Virus record (IMG/VR): IMGVR_UViG_3300008107_000020
Origin: a virus
Taxonomy: Duplodnaviria > Caudoviricetes
Strand: one strand, 5' to 3'
DNA length: 64,000 bases
Below are positions 19,457 to 28,924 of the stretch, one piece after another (the first letter of the stretch is position 1; the number at the start of each line of letters is the position of its first letter). The position numbers were made by a program, and so were the translations under genes. The notes beneath the pieces are model-generated. The model was not told the origin of the DNA and searched no databases. It saw only the letters and a program-made list of their open reading frames with translations.

Positions 19457-20354
19457 GATGTCACCAGAAGAGGGACAAGAAATGCTTAAAGACCACTTAG
19501 AGAAGATATACCCATCAATCGAATCGTGGTACACAATAAACAATACTGATTTCTTTTTTAATTTTAAGACAGTCGCTACTGTTGAATCTGGGTTATATAG
19601 CATGATATATAACGATGGTAATGGTTTTGGTGTTTCTAAACTAAGTTATAAGAGTGATGAATTCTTTCACCTACCTTCTTTACCACACAATGAGATCATT
19701 AATGATTTAATTAATTTTTGGGACAATGTTGATAGGTTTAAAAAATATAACTTAACACCAAAGAGAGGTATTATCTTACACGGTGATCCAGGTTGTGGTA
19801 AAACATCATTAATTTACCTTTTGGTCGATAAATTAAAAGAATATAATGGTTTATCGATTTATTTTGATAACCCTTTTAATTGGGTTGAATTGGCTAAATT
19901 GGTTAGGAAAGTTGAAAAAACCAGACCGTTACTTTGTATTATTGAAGATATTGATCTTGTGATCGAAAAGTTTGGTGAAGAAGTTTTCTTAAACTTTCTT
20001 GACGGTTTAAACTCAATTGATAATGTTGTTTATGTGGCAACCACAAACAATCTGGAAAAAATACCAGCTAGGATTAAAGATAGACCATCTAGATTTGATA
20101 AGAAATATAAAATAGAAAAACCAACAACTGAGGATAGAAAGATTTACTTTACTGGGATATTAGATAAAGAGGATCAAAAGCTTTATGATATTGATAAATT
20201 AGTTAAAGACACCAATGGTTATACTATGGCCCATCTTAAAGAAACTTTTATTTCGTTGTATATCCTTAAAAATCCATATGATGAAACCATTAAGCGATTA
20301 AAAAACAAAAAAATTGCTGATGAAAGAATGGGATTTAATCTTTCTGAGGATTAA
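19431..20354 (+). CDS. AAA+ ATPase (single module)
   Basis: Walker A GDPGCGKT, Walker B IIEDID, NFLDGL, sensor ATTNN, SRH RIKDRPSRFD. Confidence 0.88.
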   Translation: MLDQEELYEMSPEEGQEMLKDHLEKIYPSIESWYTINNTDFFFNFKTVATVESGLYSMIYNDGNGFGVSKLSYKSDEFFHLPSLPHNEIINDLINFWDNVDRFKKYNLTPKRGIILHGDPGCGKTSLIYLLVDKLKEYNGLSIYFDNPFNWVELAKLVRKVEKTRPLLCIIEDIDLVIEKFGEEVFLNFLDGLNSIDNVVYVATTNNLEKIPARIKDRPSRFDKKYKIEKPTTEDRKIYFTGILDKEDQKLYDIDKLVKDTNGYTMAHLKETFISLYILKNPYDETIKRLKNKKIADERMGFNLSED

Positions 20355-20379
20355 GTCGACACTTAACTTGTTTTCATTA

Positions 20380-20387
20380 TATTTATG
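20380..20387 (+). promoter_or_regulatory. Candidate late promoter TATTTATG (protease)
   Basis: 17 nt before the ATG at 20405. Confidence 0.55.
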
Positions 20388-20404
20388 TAATATAATCTAT
20401 TAAA

Positions 20405-21118
20405 ATGGGTATAAAAATATTAAAAGAAAACGAAGAAGGTTTTGGTATCTTAATTGAAGGTGATGCTGGTTCAGTATCTGAGGTATTACAAGGACAAATT
20501 ATAAATGAAGAAATTAGTAGGGGTCCAATAGATTTATCTGGACCCATATACTATTACGCTACATTACAAAAATATGGTGTTGAGAATAGAAATGGCCGAG
20601 TGTATCCAGAAGACATTTTGAGAAGAGAAGTTGAAAGATATAGAGAAGTTATTGCTCGCAATTCTAGTTTTCATGAATTGGATCACCCACAAGAATCTGT
20701 TATTTCGTTAAAAGGTGGTTCGCCACACAGAATAGTTGATATGTTCTGGAAAGATAATGTTCTTATTGGTAAACTAGAGATATTAGTATCTGAAGGCTTT
20801 AGGAGAGGTGGTATTATATCTTGTAATGGTGATTTAGTCGCACATTACCTAAGTTATGGTATGACATTAGGCATCTCTTCAAGAGGTGTTGGTAGTCTTA
20901 AAAAAGTTGGTGGTAAAAATGTTGTACAAAGTGACTTCGAATTAATCTGTTGGGATATCGTTTCATCCCCATCTACACCAGGCTCCTATCTTTATAAAGA
21001 TCCACAAGACTTTAAAAAATATGATGAGGTTTTAAATGAGCCAAAGGAAATTGAGGAGAGTACCGCACCAGAAGAGAACGATTTTTTGGCAAATCTTAAT
21101 AAATTTTTGAAATTTTAA
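20405..21118 (+). CDS. gp21: Prohead core protease (T4 gp21-like)
   Basis: NRNGRVYP, ELDHP (His), GISSRGVGSL (Ser), WDIVSSPSTPGSY. Confidence 0.93.
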   Translation: MGIKILKENEEGFGILIEGDAGSVSEVLQGQIINEEISRGPIDLSGPIYYYATLQKYGVENRNGRVYPEDILRREVERYREVIARNSSFHELDHPQESVISLKGGSPHRIVDMFWKDNVLIGKLEILVSEGFRRGGIISCNGDLVAHYLSYGMTLGISSRGVGSLKKVGGKNVVQSDFELICWDIVSSPSTPGSYLYKDPQDFKKYDEVLNEPKEIEESTAPEENDFLANLNKFLKF

Positions 21119-21172
21119 GTTGCTTTTATAAAAAATTTTTACTACTATTATAACAGTTAAAAAATATTTTTT

Positions 21173-21412
21173 ATGAAAACTTACTATTGGTACACAGTTA
21201 CAATTCAATTCGTTGTTGAAGACGAGCAAACGGGTAAAATCAAAAAGATTAAAGAAAATTATCTTACCAAAGCAATCTCAGTTACTGATGCAGAAGCCTC
21301 TGTAATCAAGGATCTTGAGGGAACAATGGGTGATTTTAGAATCTTAAAAATCGATGAATCTAAAATTGTTAGAGTTATCCTTCCACAAGGAGTTGACATC
21401 AACGCTGAATAA
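21173..21412 (+). CDS. DUF4494-like small protein
   Basis: W/Y...G.IKKIKENYL.KA.S.T.AEA.V...L...F.I..I.ESKI pattern recalled from the Bacteroidota DUF4494 family. Confidence 0.6.
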   Translation: MKTYYWYTVTIQFVVEDEQTGKIKKIKENYLTKAISVTDAEASVIKDLEGTMGDFRILKIDESKIVRVILPQGVDINAE

Positions 21413-21433
21413 AAACTAAGAAAAAAAGACGTT

Positions 21434-21463
21434 AAAAACCATCCATATCGGGTGGTTTTTTTT
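21434..21463 (+). terminator. Rho-independent terminator
   Basis: AAAAACCATCC-atatc-GGGTGGTTTTT (one G-U pair) followed by a T-run. Confidence 0.75.
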
Positions 21464-21536
21464 GTTTAGGCCCAGTACAATATAGCGTATTGGGAATATT
21501 TTTTTAAATTTTTTTGCTCTTTCGATATTTTCATAG

Positions 21537-21544
21537 TATTTATT
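21537..21544 (+). promoter_or_regulatory. Candidate late promoter TATTTATT (scaffold-MCP operon)
   Basis: Follows a terminator; 42 nt before the ATG at 21587. Confidence 0.55.
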
Positions 21545-21586
21545 ACTAAGATAATATATCATAATAATTTTTTAATAAATTAAAAC

Positions 21587-22909
21587 ATGAGCAAAACAAA
21601 TATTTTAGCAGAAACTCTAGCTGAAATTCAAGAACTAAGAGAAGCCGTTTCTAAAAACGCTAATCATGCGTTGAAAAGCACTCTTAAAGAAGAATTAGAA
21701 GAAATTGTCAAAAACAACCTAGAGGAAGTTAATGACGAAGAGTTAACAGATGACATGCCTGGTGATAATCTACCAGGTGATCAAACAGCAAATAATGATG
21801 CAGACGGTATGGGTGATATGCCTACTGAGCCACAAGATGGTGAAGAGGTTATCGACTTAACCGACAAGTCAGATGAGGACGTTATTAAACATTTCGACCT
21901 TATGGAACCTGCTGACGAGATCGAAATCGTACAAACCCCAGAAGGCGGAGTACAAATCAACATTCAACCAGCTAAAGGTGAAGAAGGTTCTGAGGAAAAT
22001 CCAGAAGAAACACCAGCAGCTACTGAAATTGATGAGTATAAAGACGAGCAGCCTATTACAACTAGTGCTGCACTTGACAAACAATTTGGGAAAGTTGTCG
22101 ATGAAATGGTTGACTTAGAAGAAGAGCCAGTGTATGAGGTTGAAATCTCAGAAGAGGATCTTAACGAAGTTGCTAAGGAAGCTACAGCTCACATCGTAAA
22201 CAAAGGTGGATCAGTTCCAACAGGTGAAAGTAAACTCGAAGAACCCGCTAAAGAAAATGGTGTGATTAAAAATGCGGCTACCAAACACATGTCTACTAAA
22301 GGTGGATCAGTTCCAACAGGTGAGAAAAAACTTGAGGAACCAGCTAAAGAAAACGGTGTTATTAAAAATGCGGCTACGAAAGATATCCACGAAAGTACAC
22401 AAGATACGGCTGGAAACAAAAACAAAGAAAAAGAGTTACATGAAAGCTTGGTGGTAATGAGAAAAAAATACCAAGAAGCAGTGGCTGAAAATAATAAAAA
22501 GACAAAAGAGTTGGATAGCTTCAAAACTTTAGCAGAAGAATTTAAAGGTTCTGAAACTGAATATAAATCAGCTATTAAAAATCTTAAGTCGCAATTACAA
22601 GAAGTTGCTTTGTTCTCATCAAACTTAACTTATGCAATCAAATTGATTACTGAAAACTCTACAACTAAGGACGAGAAATTAAACATCCTTAAAAGATTCG
22701 ATTCAGCTAAAAACTTAAACGAATCAAGAGAAATCTTTAACAGTTTGCAAGATCAGTTAGTTTCTGGCAAAACAGCAACAAAACAGGTGATTGAAGACAA
22801 AATTATGGAAACACCAAAAGCGAGTGGTTCTTCAAAATTAAATGAATCAACCGCTTATCAGAATCCACAATTATCAAGAATGTTGGATATCATCGGAAAA
22901 ATTAAATAA
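21587..22909 (+). CDS. Prohead core / scaffold protein (gp22-like)
   Basis: Between protease and MCP; very acidic N-terminus, coiled-coil C-terminus (EVALFSSNLTYAIKLITENSTTKDEKLNILKRFD); many L/I-x-E-S motifs. Confidence 0.75.
   Translation: MSKTNILAETLAEIQELREAVSKNANHALKSTLKEELEEIVKNNLEEVNDEELTDDMPGDNLPGDQTANNDADGMGDMPTEPQDGEEVIDLTDKSDEDVIKHFDLMEPADEIEIVQTPEGGVQINIQPAKGEEGSEENPEETPAATEIDEYKDEQPITTSAALDKQFGKVVDEMVDLEEEPVYEVEISEEDLNEVAKEATAHIVNKGGSVPTGESKLEEPAKENGVIKNAATKHMSTKGGSVPTGEKKLEEPAKENGVIKNAATKDIHESTQDTAGNKNKEKELHESLVVMRKKYQEAVAENNKKTKELDSFKTLAEEFKGSETEYKSAIKNLKSQLQEVALFSSNLTYAIKLITENSTTKDEKLNILKRFDSAKNLNESREIFNSLQDQLVSGKTATKQVIEDKIMETPKASGSSKLNESTAYQNPQLSRMLDIIGKIK
22202..22380 (+). 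repeat. 96-nt tandem duplication in the scaffold gene
   Basis: KGGSVPTGE(S/K)KLEEPAKENGVIKNAATK occurs twice, with copies starting at 22202 and 22298. Confidence 0.9.
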
Positions 22910-22941
22910 TAAAATTAAAAACAAACTTAAAAAATACTAAA

Positions 22942-24525
22942 ATGGGAGCATTATTAGAATCAGGAAAAGTTGGTAACGTAAGCTTAAATCACTTAAAGGC
23001 TGTACGTACTGACGTAATTAACAGATGGGACAGCTTAGGACTATTAGAAGGTCTTGCTGGTCACAGAAAAGAGAATATCGCACAATTATTTGAAAACCAA
23101 GCATCACACATGCTTAACGAATCAGTTGCTTTAGGTAACGAAGGTTCTTTCGAAACTGTGGTATTCCCAATCGTGAGAAGAGTATTCTCAAAATTATTAG
23201 CTAACGAAATCGTTTCGGTTCAAGCATTAAACTTACCTATTGGTAAATTGTTCTATTTCATTCCGAAATTGGATAATTCAGCGTTTGACGCTACTTATGC
23301 GGGTATTCCAAAAACCGCTCAAAGTAACGTAAGTGCTAACCTTTATGATTCTTTCTACGGAGAGAACGGTCTTTATGACAAATCTAAAGGTGCTGCTACT
23401 ACTTTAACTGGAGCTACAACTACAGCTAACTTGTATCAATTTGACTCAGCTTCTGCTAGTGGTTACGCTACTTTGGCTGGTACATCTTGTGCAACTGGCG
23501 CAACTTCAATCATCAAGGTTGATTTCGCTGCATCAATCACTAACTGGGAAAATGCTGAAGAAGTTATGTCTACATTGGCAATCGCTTCAGTTACTTCTGG
23601 TGCTGATTTCGATTTCTATTTACCAGCTCAAAAATATGGTAAATCAATCATGGATTCAAGTGGTGTTGTTTACATTGCCGTTGTTAACAACAGTGCAACA
23701 GTAGCATTACCTTTGACTGGTTTAACCGTAACAGCTAAAGAATACGAATCTTTAGAGTACAATGATCAAATGGGTGAAGTAAGCTTCGAACTTCAATCTG
23801 TAACAGTTTCTGTTATTGAAAGAAAGTTAAGAGCTCAATGGTCTCCAGAATTAGCTCAAGACGTATCAGCGTTCCATAACATTGATGCAGAAGCTGAATT
23901 GACAGCTTTATTGTCTGAGCAAGTTGCTGCTGAGATTGACCGTGAAATTTTACGTGACTTACGTAGAGGTGCTGCATGGAGAATGACTTGGGATTACTCT
24001 GGTTCAAGAGTTAACACAGGTGGTTTATCTGCAACAAACGGTTTCTATACTCAAAAAGATTGGAACCAAACTTTGATCACTGCGATCAACCAAGTTTCTG
24101 CACAAATCCACAAAGCTACTTTAAGAGGTGGTGCTAACTGGATCGTAGTTTCTGCTGAGGTTTCAGCTATCTTGGACGACTTAGAATACTTCCACGTATC
24201 TAACGCTGCTCCAGAGCAAGACAAATATAACATGGGTATTGAAAGAATCGGTTCATTGGGTGGAAGATACCAAGTTTACCGTGATCCTTACTTCCCAGCT
24301 GATACAATCTTGATGGGTCACAAAGGTACATCTTTGTTGGATACAGGTTACATCTACGCACCATACGTGCCAATGCAATTAACTCCTACAATGTACAACC
24401 CATTCACCTTTGCACCAGTTAAAGGTATCATGACTCGTTACGCTAAGAAAATGGTTAACAACCGTTTCTATGGTGTAATCAAGTGTCAGAATATCGTTAG
24501 CTTCGGTATCACAGGTTTAAGATAA
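22942..24525 (+). CDS. gp23: Major capsid protein (T4 gp23-like)
   Basis: FPIVRRVFSKLLANEIVSVQ, RKLRAQWSPELAQDVSAFHNIDAEAELTALLSEQVAAEIDREI, YIYAPYVP, F.PVKGIMTRYA. Confidence 0.97.
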   Translation: MGALLESGKVGNVSLNHLKAVRTDVINRWDSLGLLEGLAGHRKENIAQLFENQASHMLNESVALGNEGSFETVVFPIVRRVFSKLLANEIVSVQALNLPIGKLFYFIPKLDNSAFDATYAGIPKTAQSNVSANLYDSFYGENGLYDKSKGAATTLTGATTTANLYQFDSASASGYATLAGTSCATGATSIIKVDFAASITNWENAEEVMSTLAIASVTSGADFDFYLPAQKYGKSIMDSSGVVYIAVVNNSATVALPLTGLTVTAKEYESLEYNDQMGEVSFELQSVTVSVIERKLRAQWSPELAQDVSAFHNIDAEAELTALLSEQVAAEIDREILRDLRRGAAWRMTWDYSGSRVNTGGLSATNGFYTQKDWNQTLITAINQVSAQIHKATLRGGANWIVVSAEVSAILDDLEYFHVSNAAPEQDKYNMGIERIGSLGGRYQVYRDPYFPADTILMGHKGTSLLDTGYIYAPYVPMQLTPTMYNPFTFAPVKGIMTRYAKKMVNNRFYGVIKCQNIVSFGITGLR

Positions 24526-24546
24526 TCTTAGGGTTACATTAAAAAT

Positions 24547-24577
24547 TAAAAGGGTGGATTTTTTCCACCCTTTTTTT
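24547..24577 (+). terminator. Rho-independent terminator after the MCP gene
   Basis: AAAAGGGTGGA-tttt-TCCACCCTTTT plus T-run. Confidence 0.88.
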
Positions 24578-24630
24578 GTTTATATTTGTTTGTTTTTTTA
24601 CTATATTTGTATGGTTAATTAGAAACATTT

Positions 24631-27384
24631 ATGAAAAAATTATTATACATCGCCCCACACCTTTCCACAGGCGGTTTACCACAGTACTTAACTAAAAAAA
24701 TTGAATTACTTAGAGATTCATTTGACATTTATGTTGTTGAATGGTCTAACCACACTGGTGGTGTGTTGGTTGTACAAAGAGATAAAATAACTTCAATGGT
24801 CGCCCCAGATAAATTTTTTACTCTGGAAGAAAATAAAATTCAACTAATTGATATTATTAATAGGGTATCACCAGATATTGTACACTTAGAAGAAATTCCT
24901 GAATATTTCATGGATTTTGAGGTTGCAAAAGAAATTTACAAAAAAGATCGTAACTATGTTATTGTAGAAACTTCTCACGATTCATCATACGATGCCACAC
25001 AAAAGAAATTTTTCCCAGATAAATTTATGTTTGTATCTGATTGGCAAATTAAATTATTTGAATCAATCGATATCCCAAAAGTTTTGGTTGAATACCCTAT
25101 TGAATATAAACAAAGGCCAAATAGAGAAGATGCATTAAAAGACCTTGGTTTAGATCCTAGTAAAAAACACGTATTACACGTTGGTTTATTTACACCAAGA
25201 AAAAATCAAAAAGAATTTTTTGATTACGCAAGATCTTTACCTGAATATGTTTTCCATTCTGTTGGTAATCAAGCTGGCAACTTTGCTCATTACTGGGAAC
25301 CTTTGATGAAAGATAAACCAGAAAATGTTGTTTGGCATGGTGAAAGAAAAGATGTTGACAGGTTTTATCAGGCGATGGATTTATTCCTATTCACATCTAG
25401 AGGTACAGATAATGATAAGGAAACAATGCCTTTGGTTATCCGTGAAGCGATTTCCTGGAATTTACCAATTTTAATTTACAACCTTGGCGTTTATCTTAAT
25501 TATTTCGATAAGTTTGATAATATCAAGTACTTAGATTTTTCTGATTTTAACAAAAATTGTTCTTTAATCAAAGAAGTTTTAGAAAATGGTATTGAATTTC
25601 AACCAAAAGTTAAAGAAATTAACAAAGAAAAAGAAGCTATCATTATTTCAACATATCCAACAACAAAAAGTGTTTTTGATACAACAGTTGAATGTATTTT
25701 AGCGGCTAAAAGAACGGGTAGAAAAGTTATTTTAACATCACATTTACCAGTTTCACCAGATTTACAAAATTTGGTAGATTATTATATCTACGATAAAAAC
25801 AATATTTTAACAAAACATACATTCTACTCCCAAAGTAGATATAGTGAAGCTGATTTCTTTGCTTTTGTTAACTTAAGAGGTGAAGGTAACGATGTTTATC
25901 ACGGCCCAACTTGCTACACAAATTATTATAATGGCGCTGCGTTGGCAAACGAATTGGGTATGGAAAAAGTTTATTTCCTTAACTACGATTATGTTCTAAA
26001 AAATGATGCGTATCTAGATAACATTTCAAATATATTAGATACAAAATCCGCTTATTTTGGTGATATGCCAAACAATCCAGAAGGTCATTCAGTTACCACA
26101 TTTTTTATGGGTATTAGACCGTCTTTTTATTTAAATTCCGTAGAGCCAATATCTTGCGCACAAGATTATGAAAATTTAAGAACAAAATGGGGTTCATTTA
26201 GTAATGGGTACGAAAATATGATGTTTTTTGCCTTCAAAGATAAAATGAACCAAATCGAATTGGTTGGTGAAGAACAGTTTAAAAATGAAGTGGCGACTAA
26301 TTTCCACCATAGAGATTATTCTAGGGTTGAATATTTCACAGTTTTGCCAACAACAGTACCTAACTCGTTTGCTGTTTATTTCCAGGTATCAAATTCAATT
26401 GACAGTAGAATTGTTAATATTAAAATTAATAAGAATGGGTCTTTACTTAAAGAGGAACAAATTACTGTAACAGGTAGAGGTGCTTGGTATAACATGGTTG
26501 GTTATAATTTAGATGAAAACGCTGAATATACCGTTGATTATCAGTCCTTTGATAAGGATACCCAACAATTTATTGAAAGTAAGTTTTTAAGAATTAACAA
26601 TGATTATATCACAAATGTCTTACCGAATAACGGAATGTTTGAATATAAAGGTGATATTAACGGCATCAATTTATTGAGTGATAATGATAGTTCAAAACCT
26701 AAAATTAGAATTGTACATTTAGTTACTGAACCATCAACCAACCCTAAAGAGTTACGTTCAGCTTTTTCTTTAAAAGATTTTGCTAGTAACTTCGACAATG
26801 TTGAATACTATGAAAAAATCAACGAGATCTACAAAGAGTTACCACCAGTTGATACGTGTAATAGACCACATGATGTTGCACCTGAACCAGGGTACTTCAA
26901 ACTATCCCCAGGGCATTACGGCTGTTTCTTGGCACATAAAAACGGTATAACTTTACCAGATAACAACAAATATGATTTCATCTTAGTGTTTGAGGGTGAT
27001 GTCATAATTGATGCACCTTACCAGGAATTGTATGATAATTTAATTAGATGGTCACAACTGGCTAAAGAAGAAAATGTTGATATGGTCGGTTTTGGTAACT
27101 ACTGCGCTGAGAGATATAGTGGTGAGCGTGAGGATTTAATGCTTAATTTAAGTATTTTTGCACCAGCGCAATCTTACTTGATTAATAGAGAAAAATTACC
27201 TACTTTTGTAGAAAGATTTGAAACGTGTAAATGGGATGCGTTTGACTTGTGGATGACCAAAGTTGCCAAACTACACGGTGCAATGGCAAACAAGATTTAT
27301 ACTAAACATTTACCAGGATATTCTATTGTAGATAGAAAAGATAAAAATAAAGACAACGACTACGCAGCAATTTTCACTAATTAA
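24631..27384 (+). CDS. Multi-domain glycosyltransferase (N-terminal GT4, central unknown GT-A-like domain, C-terminal GT25-like domain)
   Basis: N: APHLSTGGLPQY, VGLFTPRKNQ, MDLFLFTS...ETMPLVIREA. Middle: IIISTYP...YFLNYDYV. C: GHYGCFLAH...FILVFEGDV (GT25 G.xGC.xSH...ED-like). Confidence 0.8.
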   Translation: MKKLLYIAPHLSTGGLPQYLTKKIELLRDSFDIYVVEWSNHTGGVLVVQRDKITSMVAPDKFFTLEENKIQLIDIINRVSPDIVHLEEIPEYFMDFEVAKEIYKKDRNYVIVETSHDSSYDATQKKFFPDKFMFVSDWQIKLFESIDIPKVLVEYPIEYKQRPNREDALKDLGLDPSKKHVLHVGLFTPRKNQKEFFDYARSLPEYVFHSVGNQAGNFAHYWEPLMKDKPENVVWHGERKDVDRFYQAMDLFLFTSRGTDNDKETMPLVIREAISWNLPILIYNLGVYLNYFDKFDNIKYLDFSDFNKNCSLIKEVLENGIEFQPKVKEINKEKEAIIISTYPTTKSVFDTTVECILAAKRTGRKVILTSHLPVSPDLQNLVDYYIYDKNNILTKHTFYSQSRYSEADFFAFVNLRGEGNDVYHGPTCYTNYYNGAALANELGMEKVYFLNYDYVLKNDAYLDNISNILDTKSAYFGDMPNNPEGHSVTTFFMGIRPSFYLNSVEPISCAQDYENLRTKWGSFSNGYENMMFFAFKDKMNQIELVGEEQFKNEVATNFHHRDYSRVEYFTVLPTTVPNSFAVYFQVSNSIDSRIVNIKINKNGSLLKEEQITVTGRGAWYNMVGYNLDENAEYTVDYQSFDKDTQQFIESKFLRINNDYITNVLPNNGMFEYKGDINGINLLSDNDSSKPKIRIVHLVTEPSTNPKELRSAFSLKDFASNFDNVEYYEKINEIYKELPPVDTCNRPHDVAPEPGYFKLSPGHYGCFLAHKNGITLPDNNKYDFILVFEGDVIIDAPYQELYDNLIRWSQLAKEENVDMVGFGNYCAERYSGEREDLMLNLSIFAPAQSYLINREKLPTFVERFETCKWDAFDLWMTKVAKLHGAMANKIYTKHLPGYSIVDRKDKNKDNDYAAIFTN

Positions 27385-27977
27385 TGTATTTACACGGGCA
27401 TAAATTAAACACTAAACACCCAGATTTTAGTCTTGGGTGGTGTGAATCGGTATTTAAAGAAATTTGGTTAGATCACGAATACTCAAGATATGGTGTTGAA
27501 GTTGAAAAAGGGGATATTGTTGTTGACTGTGGTGCTAATGTTGGTTTTTTTACTAACTACGCACTAAATTATCGTAAAGCAAAACATGTTTACTCATTTG
27601 AGTGTGATGAAACTTATGTGGAATGTTTAAGACAAAATACAAATGAAAATGTTACCATAACACAAGCATTTGTTTCGGATAGAGATGAAATTGGTCACTA
27701 TAACATAGAGAGAATGTTACATGATTTTGGTTTAACCCACATCGATTTTATTAAAGTTGACATTGAGTGGTGGGAATACCCATTATTAATTAACATGTCA
27801 AATGATACGATGAAAAGAGCGAACAAATGGGTAGTAGAACTACATAGTATATATGATAATTATGATAAAATATTAGATATAATTGAAAAATTTACATTAA
27901 ATGGGTTTGATGTAAATTATGAACAAGTACACAAAGAAACAAACCTAGCATTATTATACGCAAAAAAGAGAATATGA
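27384..27977 (+). CDS. FkbM-family SAM-dependent methyltransferase
   Basis: VVDCGANVGFFT, VYSFEC, IDFIKVDIEWWE, VVELH. Confidence 0.88.
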   Translation: MYLHGHKLNTKHPDFSLGWCESVFKEIWLDHEYSRYGVEVEKGDIVVDCGANVGFFTNYALNYRKAKHVYSFECDETYVECLRQNTNENVTITQAFVSDRDEIGHYNIERMLHDFGLTHIDFIKVDIEWWEYPLLINMSNDTMKRANKWVVELHSIYDNYDKILDIIEKFTLNGFDVNYEQVHKETNLALLYAKKRI

Positions 27978-28924
27978 AAATTTGTCAAGTACATCCTGGA
28001 TGTGGAATACCAGTGCCACCACCTAATTGGGGTGCTGTAGAAAAAATAGTATGGGAATTTACCCAGAATTTAAGATTATTAGGGCATGAGGTTGACATCA
28101 AATATGCAAATGAAATTCAACCAGGTGAATATGATGTTGTTCACGTGCACATGGCCAATTTATGCCATTTTTTACACGATAGAGGTATACCATACATTTA
28201 TCAATTACATGATCACCACGCTTATTACTATGGTAAGGGGTCTTATGTGTTCAACCAAAATAATAGGGCTATTCTCGAGTCACAGGTTTCATTAATGCCA
28301 GGTAGATTTTTAGTACCTTACTTTGAAACAGAAAAAGCTATTTATTTTTCACATGGTGTGAATACCGATTTTTATCACCCTTCAGACATCAGACCTAAAG
28401 AGCATAAACTATTATGTTTAGCTAATAACGGATTAGCTGGTATGGATGGGTACGATAGAAAAGGTTTTGGCTTTGCAATTCAAGCCGCAATGGCAAGAAA
28501 TCTACCGATCACAATTGCTGGTCCAAGAAATAACCAAAATTTCTTTAATGAGAATCCGTGGGTTAATGGGTACGCAAAATTATCAATTGAGTGGGAACCT
28601 AATCAAGATGAATTAGTTAATCTATACCATAGACATACAATTTTTATGCACCCTTCTGAATTAGAAGCTGGCCACCCTAATTTAACTATATTAGAGGCCG
28701 CTGCATGTGGCTTACCAATTAACGGTGCCATTGAGATGGAAACTGATTTTAACGGTATGTGGAGAGCACCTAGAAAGGTTACAGATATTGTACGTGGGTT
28801 AGATGATATTATAGCTAATTACGATTCATACCGTGAAAGAGCTATTCAACACGCTGAGTCTTTATCATGGTACAATAGATCAAAAGAATTATTAGAAGTT
28901 TATAAACAATACGCACAACAATGA
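27974..28924 (+). CDS. GT4-family glycosyltransferase
   Basis: PPPNWGAVEKIV, HGVNTDFY, RKGFGFAI, IFMHPSELEAGHPNLTILEAAACGLP. Confidence 0.88.
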   Translation: MKICQVHPGCGIPVPPPNWGAVEKIVWEFTQNLRLLGHEVDIKYANEIQPGEYDVVHVHMANLCHFLHDRGIPYIYQLHDHHAYYYGKGSYVFNQNNRAILESQVSLMPGRFLVPYFETEKAIYFSHGVNTDFYHPSDIRPKEHKLLCLANNGLAGMDGYDRKGFGFAIQAAMARNLPITIAGPRNNQNFFNENPWVNGYAKLSIEWEPNQDELVNLYHRHTIFMHPSELEAGHPNLTILEAAACGLPINGAIEMETDFNGMWRAPRKVTDIVRGLDDIIANYDSYRERAIQHAESLSWYNRSKELLEVYKQYAQQ

